Shown here: in pieces, positions 50,081-60,918 of the stretch
How positions within the stretch are numbered: the first letter of the stretch is position 1
How the letters are laid out: every line of letters starts with the position of its first letter
Source: Peribolospora baueri
Taxonomy: Eukaryota
Assembly: GCA_029717555.1 (NCBI GenBank)
Contig: JAMDHS010000005.1
Location: forward strand, 186,001 to 250,000
DNA length: 64,000 nt
Direction of reading: 5' to 3'
The notes under the pieces: generated by a model
The model's input: only the letters and a program-made list of their open reading frames with translations
Databases searched by the model: none
Told to the model about the DNA's origin: nothing
Made by a program: the position numbers and the translations under genes

Positions 50081-52996
50081 GTCGTCGTCGTCGTCGTCGT
50101 CGACGGGAACGGACGAGAGAAGGTGGGCGGACGAACGGGTAGAGAGACGCGACGCGATGGCACGGTCTTGAGTCGGGTGGTTTCTGGCTCGTCGTCGGGG
50201 TTGGACGACGAAAGGAGTGTCACTCTGGTCTTTCCTTTCGATGCCGTGTGTCCAGGGGCGAGTCTGGTGGTGATGTATGCCGTTGGGAGCCAGCGGCTGA
50301 CGCTTGCTTTGCTTGCTTGCCTGGTTACCTGGACTGAACTGAACAGGACTGAACTGGACTGGCCTCGTACGAAGGGGGCGAGGTGGTCGAGTGCGGCTGG
50401 GAGGCGCGAAGGGACAGAGGGAGCGGATGGAAAGCAGGGAGAAGAGGAGGTGTGCGAAGGTGAGTTGAGAACGAGGACGAGGACGAGGACGAGGTGTGAA
50501 TGCGAGTGAGTGGGTGGCAGGAGGAAGGAAGGAGGGGGCGATCCTGGAGGCGGGCACGTTTCTTAAGAGCTCACGGCGACGGCGGTGCGCACGATAACGT
50601 GGGCGAGGCTTGCGACGAGCAAGAGGGGGTCAGTCAGTGTGGAATAAAGGCAAGGCAGGCGGACGTGCCCCGGCGTGCCTAGCCACACCGTCCGTCCGTC
50701 CGTTAGTCCGTCTGTCAGTCAGTCGCTCGGCACGCCCGTCTACCAGCGGTGCGAGTGCAGGAGGGGAAAAACAGAGGAGGAGTGGAAAAAAAAAGAGGGG
50801 TGGTCGACTCGAACCGGTCGGGTGGAATGACGATGTTTGGGCGCTTACTCCTGCATGTGTCCCCCCTCCCCCGCCGGGACGCGATTGGGTTGGCGTGGCT
50901 TCGTAGATCGTCCGTCCGTCTGTCTGTCCGTCGCTCGCACCGGGCTCGGCGAGGGAAAGTGAGCGAGCGATGGCCCCAGGCGAGGGGAAGGGCAAGGGCG
51001 ACGGAGACGGCGATCGGACAATTTCACCCGGAATTGGAATCGCGAGACGACGACGTCAGACGAATGAGAACGAAGGGCCAAAGGGAAGAAGGGCCAAAGC
51101 GCGAGCTTGTGCGCGGGCAAAATCGCATTTGTAGCGTACGGTCAGACAAGGCGCTAAACTAGACTCGCCTCCGGGACCCCAGGAGAATTTGCGTGCGAGC
51201 GTGCGTGTGTGTGTGCGAGGTTGTGCATATGCAGCAGATCAACATCTATAGCGCGTAGCATGCGCTGCGTCGCCCGCCTCGATGGACCGGTCCTTTCGCT
51301 TCCGGCCACGGACGAATGAACGACAGACGCACGCCCATTCCCGCCGACAAACAACCCACGCCCACGGAGGTGCTTGGACCGCACCGACCGACGACCAGGA
51401 CGCGCTTGCAAGGCCCTGGGAAAACACGAGGAGAGAAGAAGAAAGAGGGGCCCGAGAGGCAATCGGAAGCGGAAGCGAACCAAGCGTGTATGTGTGTCTG
51501 CCTGTCTGGCTGTCGTGCACAGCCCAGCTCCCCTTCTTCCTTTCTTCCGATCGCCCCACGTCCAAAGCGGGAGGAGGAAGGAGAGATGACGTAAGCATCG
51601 GCGGACGGACGCAAGTGGACGGACGGGGGTTGGTCAGGGACAGAGAATGTGGCAAGGCATGCCGGTAGGGAGGACGTGTACATGGACCGACGGATGGAGG
51701 GGACGGTCGAGGAAGGGGAAGGGAAGGTGAATGATCCAATACATCATCAGCTTGTCCGTTCATTCACCCTCGACCGCCTGCGTGCATGCTTGCGAGCAGG
51801 AGAAGGAAGCAGGAGGGCGACGCGGCTGCAAGCAGGCCAGGCGCCAAAGGAGGACGACATCGTCTTGTCTCCCCCACACACACACTCCCCCTATAGAGGG
51901 AGGACGAACGGGGCGCAAGGGACTGTCTTTCGGCAGGCATATCCCATCCCGTCGTCCCGGCCGATCTTTTCAACCACCACATAGGACGATCCGTGTCTTG
52001 GTTCTTCTTCTGTCACCGTGTCAGACGGGGGGGTGGGGCGACGGTTTGTCCAAGGGCGAAACTCTGTCTCAATATACGTGCTGGGAGAGAGAGAGAGAGA
52101 AAGAGAAAAATGGCAGAGGGAGAGGAGAGAAGAGAAGCGAGCTTCACTGATCGAGATCAGATGGCACAAATTGAATTGAACGCGAACCGCTTCCGAAGTA
52201 AAAATGCTGACTGGCGCATGCCGAATGCCTCCTCTCTCCTCGACTGCGGCAGGCGTCCTCGCCGGGATCAGCCCACGCGAGCGGGCGGAGCGAACGAGCG
52301 CGTCTACGACGATCCGTCATCCATTATTTTAGACTCTCATCCGGACACCGTCCTTGCGCAAACGAACGCGTCTCCTGCACGCAGTCCCGACAACGACAAG
52401 GAAACGCGAGCCGGCGCCGTCGCCGGCGCCGTTTACGTCCACGTCCACATCCACGTCCGCGTCCTTGCTAGCTAGCTGGCCGCGGCCGGCCGGTTGCCTT
52501 GCCGTGCGCGGAATGGGGTCATTCATCATCGACGATCGATCGATCGACTGCCGCTCCCGCTGCCGTGTGCTCCGAAAAAGGTTTTTCTCGGTCCTCCGTC
52601 CGACCCCAGGTCGCCAAGGTCGACCGGCCGACCGAACGAAAGAGAGAACGAGTGAACGACTTTCATTATGCAGCGCTCAGGCAAGGAGCATTAGAGCAGC
52701 CGTGTGAACCGAATCCCAAATCCCGAGTTCCCCCCCACTCCCCACCCAGCCCAGCGAGTGCCGACCGCAAAAAGGGTTGCCCGGTCCGGCATACGCAAAT
52801 TTCGAATTTGCGCCATTTCACGCGTACAATTGCATTTCATTCATTGCATGCATGCTCTCGGTCCCAATGCTCGGCCACAGACAAATGTGATGATGGAAAG
52901 AAAAGAAAAACATGGCCAAGTGCTAGGAGGGTGGTGACGTACCCACGGTCATCTAACCCCTCGCCTCCTCGCTCTTCCCTCCCGCACGCACGCGCC

Positions 52997-55900
52997 TCAC
53001 AGCTGCCGGCAAGCGTCCTGGTATGCGGCAGGGAAGTGCGAAGCGAAGGCGTCCGCCTGGAAGTCCGGAAGGCTGAAGAAGGCCACCGGGTTCGTCACGC
53101 GGTAGACGCCGCGAATGCCGCTCTCTCTGGGCGGTGACGACGACGAGGGTGTCATCGTCGTCGTCGTCGACGAGGCCGCTTTTTTACCTCCTGACGATGG
53201 CAACGACAACTCGCCTTCCGAGTGAGGCCCGTCGAGCCAGTACACCGCGCCTATAGGAATCAGAGGGCCGCCTTGCACTTCTTCCCCGCGCATCGTCGCC
53301 GTTTCCAACGCCATCCGCCGAGCGGAGAGCCGGTGCAACGCCGAGGCGGACGACGACCAGGCAGTGGCCGTCACGGACGACGACACCTTCTTGTCCGGCG
53401 ATGGCGAGCTCGGAGACACACCTCGTTCCCCATCCCCTTCCGACGACCGCACCAGCGAAGGCCTCCTGGCACGCGCCTTGGCGGATGCGAACAAGTCCCC
53501 CTCCACCTCCCGTCTCAGCTTCCAAAGCTCCTCCTCAATCTCCCCTCGCCGAGCCTTGTCCTCCGCTCTCTCGCTCCGCGATAGCTTTCGCCAAGCGTGC
53601 CAGGCCCGTAGAATGTGCACCCTCGGGCTGTCGCTCTCCTCCGGGTCCATCGCCGCGGCGGCGGCGGCGTTCGCCTCCCCGCTCAGATCGTCCACCTCCT
53701 TCCTCCTCCGCACCCTGCTCAGCGCTCCCAGAGCCCTCCGGAGCTCGCGGATCTGACCGTGACCCATGCGAGCCACGATATCGCTGCCGAGCACGACGGA
53801 CACCACCAGAGGCACCGTCCCCAGCGAAGCTCGGCGCGCCAGCCCGACCGAGCCGGTAGCAGGGTGAGCGAACGTGACGGCGCGAACGAGCCGACCAGGA
53901 GGCAGACCGCTGGACGAGGAAGTGACCCAAACGCCTGGAACAGAGTCGTCATCGTCATCGTCGTCCTCCTCCTCCTCCGTCCCTCTCGATGAACAGCGAC
54001 GACGCCCTCTCTTCTCCCCAGCCCTCGCATCCGGCGTGGGCTTGAACTCGGACAAGAGCAAAGCGATGGTAGAGCAAAGAGCGCCGCCGAGCGAATGACC
54101 GGTGAGGACGACGGTGAAACCGCGGTTCGCCTCGAGCGTCTCGCGCAATTTGACAAACAGCTCTGACGAAGGGTTGATGAGGTTGCGAGCCGCCCTGAGC
54201 ACGCCCGCATGCGACCTCAGTTCCTCTTCCCCTTCCCTCTTCCTTGCCTCCACGTTGTCGTCGCCCTCTCCAAACACCGGAGGAAGGTAGAGCCTCTCGG
54301 TAAAAATGTCCAAGTCGACGATGATATCGCTCAAGCTCTGGCTGCCCCGAATCGCGACGACGACCGCCTTGCGGCTCGTGTCGACGCAGATGAAAAAAGT
54401 GGGAGAGTACTCGGCGTTTCCATCGAGCGTCTGTATGCCCGCGTGTACCACGTCATCCTTGTCGATCCGAGAAAGGAAAGAAAACGTGTGGTTCGCGAAT
54501 CGCTTCCCGGACGGCGTGAACAGCGGCGTGGGCGGTTCGTAGATGTACCGGTGGAGGCCGTATGTAGAGATGGCGAGCCTAGCGTTGCGCTTGATGGTCC
54601 TGATCAGCGTCGCTGTGTCCTCCGACAACGCCGTAGAAGAGGCGCAAATGGAAGGCGGCGATGAAGACGAAGAGGAAGGCGGCGTGCCGGTCTCCGGTCC
54701 GACGCCGAAATGAGAGGCGCGCCGATGAGGCCCCGGCCGATCCGGTCGTGGCGTCTTGGTAAACTCGAGTTCGAGAATGTCCTCTCCTCGGCGCGTGACG
54801 AAGTAGTCCTCCTCGTCCTCCGACGAGTCTTCCTCCTCACTCTCGCCCTCCTCGTCAGCCACGTCTAGGGCCTCCGACCGGCCCTTCCCGCCTTCCGCAC
54901 CACCTTCCTCCTCGTCGCCCATCCTGCTCCGTCGCCGACGCCGCCATTTAGGCTCCCACCCCTTCAACGACACCAGCCCCGCGCCGTCGCGAAGGTAACG
55001 CTGGCGAGTGACGACGTGCATGGCCACCAGCTCGGCCATTCCCCGCGCGACCTGCCACTTGGTCAACCCGCGCGGCTGTGCGCCCCATCCGCCCTCTTTC
55101 TTCCCCTTCGCCTCGTGATCCTCGAAAGCGACCGCTTCCCACTCCCTGTAAATCACGCGGTAGCAATCAAACGCCGCCCTGCCCAGCACGGTCTGGCCGG
55201 TAACGTTGAGGAACAGCCAGCGTCCGAACCACGCAGCAGTAAAGAGACCCGAGCCGGCGTCTCTGACGAGGTCGAAGACGTGCACTCCTACGAAGAACAC
55301 AAACTGGGCGAGGAGGGAGAGGACGGAGAGCGAAGCGGTCAAGATGGCCGAGTTTGTCGAAAATGCGCCGCTGTCGGGCTCGCGGAAGACGTTTTTCGCG
55401 TCCGTCAAATGGCTCATCGAGCGGAGGGGCCAATGCATGTCACCACCCTCTGAAGGATGCGGTGGAGATGGAGTCGATCTACCTCGCAGCGACGGGGAGG
55501 GTAGTACGCTCGATGACAGGAGGGTCTCGTCCGAAGTGTGCGACGTCTTCCGTCTCAGCCCGCCCGCTCTCGAGTCCGCCGGGGAGGAAGGCCTGGTCGA
55601 TGTGGGTTTGTCGTCGTCCTCGGGAGCGGTGGACAGCATGCTAGACGGCACCAGCCGAGACGCGGGGCTGTGTTGTGGGACGGCGGCGAGAGCAGAAGCG
55701 GCAACCGCCTTGCGCATCCGCTCCGGTTCCCTGAGGTGGAAGCTGCCCACCGTTTGCGCGAGCCGTCGCCGATCCTCCGCGTCCAAGCCCAGGCCCGCCG
55801 TCGGAGCCGCGGTGTCGGATTGGGTCGTCGAGGGCGTATTCTCCTCGCTGTGACCGGCGTCGTCGAGGCCGTTCACACCGAGGCCGATGCCACTCGACAG

Positions 55901-58354
55901 CTTCGTTCTAGGGTACGGAGAGGACGTGGCACCAGGGTAGCCATCGAGTCGACCAGCAAGCGGCGTGAGGGGACTGGGCGGGAACTCGAGCACGGTCGGC
56001 TGCAGACGAGCCCCAGGGGCTTTGGAAGCCGCTTCGGCGGCGATGTCGAAGGGCGACGGTACGCCGTCGTCCAGCATAGGTTGCAGTAGGGGCGTGAGCG
56101 GGGACGGCGGTGAAACGCTGGCGACTAGATGAGCAGCGGCGACAGCACGAGCGGTCGCTGTGTCGTCGGGCAAGTCGACATGGACGGTGGCGGCGCTTGC
56201 ATTCGTGGATGCCAGGACGGGGGAAGCGAGGTGCGAGGGTGTCGATGACGACGACGTCGCGAGCTCCTCCCAAAAGCCGATAGGTGTCATAGACGAGGGT
56301 GGCATGGAGACGTTCATTGGGCGCAACCGAGGCGCTCTGGGCGAGGCCGAGTCGAACACGACCCCATCAAAGACTTCGGGGGACGAGATGGGGGATGATG
56401 ACGAGAGGGCGGACGACGCCGCTCGCAACGAAGCCTGCCGGGACAAAGGCTGGGAGGGAAGAGCGACGGCGGAAAGGGCCCGCATCGGGGACGCCCTCAC
56501 GGACGCATCGCCGATGGCCCGCTGGACGGGCGAGAAAGCGAAAGTGCGGAGGTGGGGAGTCGAGTTGGACGTGGAGGAAGAGCGATTTCGCGTCCGAGTG
56601 TGGCCTTGGAGCTGATCGGAGATGGAGGAAGAAGCGCTGCCGCCGCTGCTACTGCTTCGCGCTGGACGCTTCTCGGACAGACTGCGGGAAAGGGTGACGA
56701 CTCTGGCGCCGGCGCCGTTCTCGCCTCCAGAGAGCGCGAACGCGGGCAAGGGTTGTCCAGCCTCGACCGAGTCGGACAGACGAGAGGGCCGACGCTGCAT
56801 TTCCTGCGCCTCCTCGTCGTCCATACCCACAGCCTCGCCAACCTCTTCCTTCTCGATCGCCTTCCGCTTGCTGTCCCGTACCGCCCTCTCGGCAGCCCTG
56901 GCGGCGACGACAAAGTTGGCGACGGCCTGGAGCATGCCAACCTTGTGCGCCGGCTGGTTGCGCGCCAGTTTGCGCTCCATCCTCCGGCGGGCCCGTTCCG
57001 CTGCTCTAGCGCGTCTGATGCCGAGGATGCCTGCGATGGGGGGGATCACACGGATGAAGGAACGAAGGGGGATGAGGATGAGGCTCGATCCCGTCTCATT
57101 TAATACAGAAAAAAGGACGAAAACAAAGCACGCTGACGCACCTTCGAACGAGGCCGCGTCGGAGGTCTCGTCCAACATGGGTGGGGGGAGGACGAGCATG
57201 CCTTCGACGTCCCTCGTCATGGCGTCCGCTGAGACGGTTCGACCGCGCTCGCCGGCGCTCTGCGGCCCGCTCCATAGCTTCGATGCCCATCCGCTGCCCA
57301 TCCAAGCTCCGGGAAGAGGGACAGGGCTGGGCGGAGTGTCGACATGCTCTTGCGGCCCGAAGAGGTGCGGCACGGAGTCGGCCGCGTCCGTGGAGGTGGA
57401 AGGGGCTGGGGCGGTGTGCGCGGATCGAAGGCGAGGCCGCAGGAAGGGAGGCTGCGTGGGAGAGAGGGCGGGCTCGACGGTGCTGGACGATTTCAAAACG
57501 ACCACCGCGTCGGCATTTAGACGGTTGCCTAGGTCGCTGGAGAGCGAGGAGGAGGGGGCAGCGGACGAGGAGGCCGGGAAGGGCGTCGAAGGAGACCGGT
57601 CGGAGCGGTGCTGTTGAGGATCGGGACGTCTTCGGAGCTGGAATACAGGTTGATCGCGGCGAGTCGAGGCGACGTACACCTCGTTGCCTTCCTCGTCATC
57701 TTCGAGCCTCCTCAGCAAAGGTTTGGCGAGCCACCTTCGACTGCCCTCTCTGGCGCTGAAGTAAGACTCCTGAGCATCTCCACGCTCCCGACCTTTGCCC
57801 TTCCGCCCGCGATGAGAGCGAGTCGTCACGACCGACGCGCGTGCGCTGGGTTGGCCGAGGAAGATGGTAGAGATGGCCTGGACAGCGGCGCCCGAGCCGC
57901 GGGCCTTGCCGACATGCCGACGCTCTTCCCCTTTGTCACTCATACCCTGTCGTCGGCCGTGGGAGACATTTCCCTCCGGTCCCAAGGGGACAGGGCCGGC
58001 GAGGAGGCTCGAGACGGTGACGACCTCGGCGGGCTCGGAGGTCGACGCAGCCAGGGAAGGCGACGGGAGGGGGCTCATGGAGGGCGAGTCGAGTGGCGGA
58101 GAGAAGGGGGGCAGTCGAAGCGGGGAGAGTACCGGTCTCCGCGCTTGCCATTCGGAGAGCGAGAGCGGCGTGGAGGGCTTGAAAGAGGAAGGGGAGGGGG
58201 ACGGTGCCAAGGGGTCACGACCGATGCGTGGCGGCGTCAGAACGGCCGAGAAGCTCGGGGGCGAAGCTACTAGCCCGGGGAGGGGAGAAAGAAGGTCTAC
58301 ATCGTCGTCGTTGGCGTCGTCGGTCCGGGTTTCGGGACGAGAGGGTGACGGCAT
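52997..58354 (-). CDS. Large class-3 lipase (sn1-diacylglycerol lipase-like) with a long disordered N-terminus
   Basis: 1785-codon ORF. Motifs AVVVAIRGSQSLSDIIVDL, HAGVL, nucleophile TGHSLGG, SVVLGSDIVARM and C-terminal SHFPAAY. Hydrophobic segment before the catalytic domain. Probable in-frame intron at 57141-57031. Confidence 0.9.
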   Translation of the reverse strand: MPSPSRPETRTDDANDDDVDLLSPLPGLVASPPSFSAVLTPPRIGRDPLAPSPSPSSFKPSTPLSLSEWQARRPVLSPLRLPPFSPPLDSPSMSPLPSPSLAASTSEPAEVVTVSSLLAGPVPLGPEGNVSHGRRQGMSDKGEERRHVGKARGSGAAVQAISTIFLGQPSARASVVTTRSHRGRKGKGRERGDAQESYFSAREGSRRWLAKPLLRRLEDDEEGNEVYVASTRRDQPVFQLRRRPDPQQHRSDRSPSTPFPASSSAAPSSSLSSDLGNRLNADAVVVLKSSSTVEPALSPTQPPFLRPRLRSAHTAPAPSTSTDAADSVPHLFGPQEHVDTPPSPVPLPGAWMGSGWASKLWSGPQSAGERGRTVSADAMTRDVEGMLVLPPPMLDETSDAASFEGASACFVFVLFSVLNETGSSLILIPLRSFIRVIPPIAGILGIRRARAAERARRRMERKLARNQPAHKVGMLQAVANFVVAARAAERAVRDSKRKAIEKEEVGEAVGMDDEEAQEMQRRPSRLSDSVEAGQPLPAFALSGGENGAGARVVTLSRSLSEKRPARSSSSGGSASSSISDQLQGHTRTRNRSSSTSNSTPHLRTFAFSPVQRAIGDASVRASPMRALSAVALPSQPLSRQASLRAASSALSSSSPISSPEVFDGVVFDSASPRAPRLRPMNVSMPPSSMTPIGFWEELATSSSSTPSHLASPVLASTNASAATVHVDLPDDTATARAVAAAHLVASVSPPSPLTPLLQPMLDDGVPSPFDIAAEAASKAPGARLQPTVLEFPPSPLTPLAGRLDGYPGATSSPYPRTKLSSGIGLGVNGLDDAGHSEENTPSTTQSDTAAPTAGLGLDAEDRRRLAQTVGSFHLREPERMRKAVAASALAAVPQHSPASRLVPSSMLSTAPEDDDKPTSTRPSSPADSRAGGLRRKTSHTSDETLLSSSVLPSPSLRGRSTPSPPHPSEGGDMHWPLRSMSHLTDAKNVFREPDSGAFSTNSAILTASLSVLSLLAQFVFFVGVHVFDLVRDAGSGLFTAAWFGRWLFLNVTGQTVLGRAAFDCYRVIYREWEAVAFEDHEAKGKKEGGWGAQPRGLTKWQVARGMAELVAMHVVTRQRYLRDGAGLVSLKGWEPKWRRRRRSRMGDEEEGGAEGGKGRSEALDVADEEGESEEEDSSEDEEDYFVTRRGEDILELEFTKTPRPDRPGPHRRASHFGVGPETGTPPSSSSSSPPSICASSTALSEDTATLIRTIKRNARLAISTYGLHRYIYEPPTPLFTPSGKRFANHTFSFLSRIDKDDVVHAGIQTLDGNAEYSPTFFICVDTSRKAVVVAIRGSQSLSDIIVDLDIFTERLYLPPVFGEGDDNVEARKREGEEELRSHAGVLRAARNLINPSSELFVKLRETLEANRGFTVVLTGHSLGGALCSTIALLLSEFKPTPDARAGEKRGRRRCSSRGTEEEEDDDDDDDSVPGVWVTSSSSGLPPGRLVRAVTFAHPATGSVGLARRASLGTVPLVVSVVLGSDIVARMGHGQIRELRRALGALSRVRRRKEVDDLSGEANAAAAAAMDPEESDSPRVHILRAWHAWRKLSRSERAEDKARRGEIEEELWKLRREVEGDLFASAKARARRPSLVRSSEGDGERGVSPSSPSPDKKVSSSVTATAWSSSASALHRLSARRMALETATMRGEEVQGGPLIPIGAVYWLDGPHSEGELSLPSSGGKKAASSTTTTMTPSSSSPPRESGIRGVYRVTNPVAFFSLPDFQADAFASHFPAAYQDACRQL

Positions 58355-59554
58355 GCCTCTGTTGAAAGCAGGGTGTGTCGGCGAAGGTGAACGGACGCAA
58401 GGACGGATGGCGAGGAGGGAGGAGGGATGGCGTCGAGCGCCAGCTAGATGACGCCCGCCTTGCTATACGACGAGATTCGAGATTCGAGTCTCTGCCGGCC
58501 CGAGAAAGCTGGTGGAGTGCTTTGTCGTCTTGATGTACCTCCGGTCCGCCTATGTCGGTGTTGGCGCGCACAGCACGACGTCAGCCCGACTGACGACGGT
58601 CTAGTCTCAGTCTGCTGGACGAGTCTGACGGGCAGACGGACAGACGGATGAATGGTGGGTGAAATGGGTGGATGTGCTCACGGACGAACTTCCTGACCTA
58701 ACTGGACTGAATGGCTTGACTTTTGACTGGACAGCTCAGCTCGAGCAAGCGCCTTCCTTCTTTCTTCTCTCATATGACGAGCGCGCCCTGACGTCGTGCA
58801 TCGCGTAATGGCCCGATCGCGCGCCGCCGGCCCGCGACCTTGGTCAACTCGAGCACGGCGGAGAGACGTATAGTGTAGACAGACATACATGAACCCGAAG
58901 AGGCCGGGCGAAGGCTCGCGAAGGGAAGGAAGAAAGAAAGAAAGAAAGAAAGAAAGGGGAGAAAAATGGACAAAATAGCGAACGCCTGGGAATCGAACGC
59001 TCGCCTCTGAGACGGCGACGGACGGCGACGCCAAGCGAACACCATGTCCCTGGAGACGGGCTTTGAATCGACGGCACGGCTCTGCTTGTTCAAGTCGGCG
59101 AGATGCTTTCTTTTCGCTACACCAAGGCCGGTTGAGCTGAGGCGGTTCGGCAGCCTCGCTTCCGAATGAGACTCTCTACATGTAGTCCCTGTCTTCGCCC
59201 TGTTCGTAGTTAGCGCGACCCAGGCCGTCGGACGTCGTCGTCCCTGACCTTTGCGTTTCCGGATTTTGGTACCCCACGCACGGTCACAAGTCAGGCGACG
59301 GCGGGATCAGACTTTCTCAGTACGGGAGAGAAGGATGGTATCCAAGCGGGCATCGCCACTACTTCTAAAGTGTGCCAGCGGGAAAGAGTGCGGTAACAGC
59401 TGCTCCACAGTTGCTCACCTGGAGCGCTCCTACAAAGGACGCTGGAAACAGGGTATCGCAGACATCTCCGTCGCCGCTTCTTCTGGTCACCCGCGGGCCC
59501 CTCCTTCGGCCGACGTTCGACGGCCCGACGAACAGAGCGCCTGTCGGCCTGGCC

Positions 59555-60554
59555 TCACTCTTCGTACACCATCTTCCTCGTCATACCGCCATCCACCCTG
59601 ATCTCCTCTCCCGTGACAAACTCGGCCCGGGCGAGGAACTCGACCGTCTCCGCAATGTCCTCCACCTTGCCCACCCTGCCCATGAAGTGCTGTTCGTGGT
59701 CCGCTTTGCTCAAACCCTTTCCCCATTGACTTCCTTCTTCCAAGTCGGCTTGACGACACTCGTTGTCTACGCTGATCCAGCCGGGAACGATGGCGTTGAC
59801 GCGGATGCCCATCGGACCTAGGGAGCAGGCCATCGAGTGAGTGAGGCCTAAGAGACCGGCCTTGGTCGCCGCATAGCCTTCGCTGTTCGCTTCGGACTGT
59901 AGTGCGCGCGTCGAGGAAATGTGGATGATCGAGCCACCATCACCTTCTCCTTCTCCTCCCCCTCCTTCGCCCGCCTGCGAGGAGGACAAGGGGCGCCTCT
60001 TGAGAAAAGGGATCGCGGCTTGGGAGACGGCAAACGAACCGGTGAGGTTGGTGCGCAGGAAATTCTCCCATTCGTCCAACGACACCGTCTCCATCGTCTG
60101 ACCCTCCGACCAGTACGGGGGCGTCAGGCCTGCGTTGTTGATCTGTGCGCACGATCAGGGCCCATCGATGGGATCCGTGAGAGCACCGCTAGGACAGAGG
60201 GAGCGATGCAAGACTATATCTCTCATACCAAGCGAAAAGGCTCACCAGGACATCTAACCGCCCGCCTCTGTGCCACTTCGCGGCTTCTTCCACGGCCTTC
60301 CGAACGGACTCCCGATCCCTAATATCACATGCCTTCCCAGAAAATCTGCCCTTCAGAGTAGGCTGAACCAAAGGCAGGTGGCGCTGCAAAGTATGCTGCA
60401 GTTCCGCGGCATCGTAGTCGACCAGGTAGACGTCGTGGCCACGGGAGAGCAAGAGACGAGACAGCCCGCGACCGATGCCTCGGCCCGCGCCCGTGATCAG
60501 GAAGCGAAGCGAGGATCCAGCGGCTGAGGGCACGACGACGGTCGCGTTGACCAT
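59555..60554 (-). CDS. Classical short-chain dehydrogenase/reductase (2 exons)
   Basis: Motifs TGAGRGIG, LDVL|INNAG, IHISSTRA, catalytic YAATK, IRVNAIVPGWI and VTGEEIRVDGG. Confidence 0.93.
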
Positions 60555-60918
60555 CCTCACGGCCACCCACTGGTTTCGATCAGTGGGAGTGAGCTTGAAG
60601 CAGGAACGAGTAGGAAAGTTTCCCTGAACGGAGGCAGGACTGAACACGCCCGCCGCGGTGGTGGTGGTGGTGAGAAAGACCCGATGTCATCCGATCGATC
60701 ACTATCCATTTGCGCCGGACGACCGACCGACTGTTGTTCAGTCTGCGGCCTCGCACCGAGTCGAGTTTATAAAGTCTACTGGAGTTCTCCCTTCGACAAC
60801 AAGCTGACTAGAATACATACGCCGCAAGAACGAACGAGGACGGACATATCGCCGGACAAGAGACCCTACCCGGGCAAGTATGTGATGAGATGAAGGGGAG
60901 CGGGGGAAATGAACGCGC

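Noticed and set aside
50081..50557. In-frame GTG-started extension upstream of the C2H2 gene
   Set aside because: It translates microsatellite and pyrimidine-rich UTR sequence (PRPRPR, QFSPVQFSP). The ATG at 50080 has adequate context and no competing upstream AUG.
52997..53010. C-terminal RQL of the lipase (and LKL of Mpp10) as peroxisomal PTS1
   Set aside because: RQL does not fit the consensus. The xKL ending is a normal Mpp10 feature in a nucleolar protein.
58465..58505. TTCGAG hairpin resembling a tRNA T-arm
   Set aside because: The loop size and closing pair are wrong, and no D-arm or acceptor stem is present.
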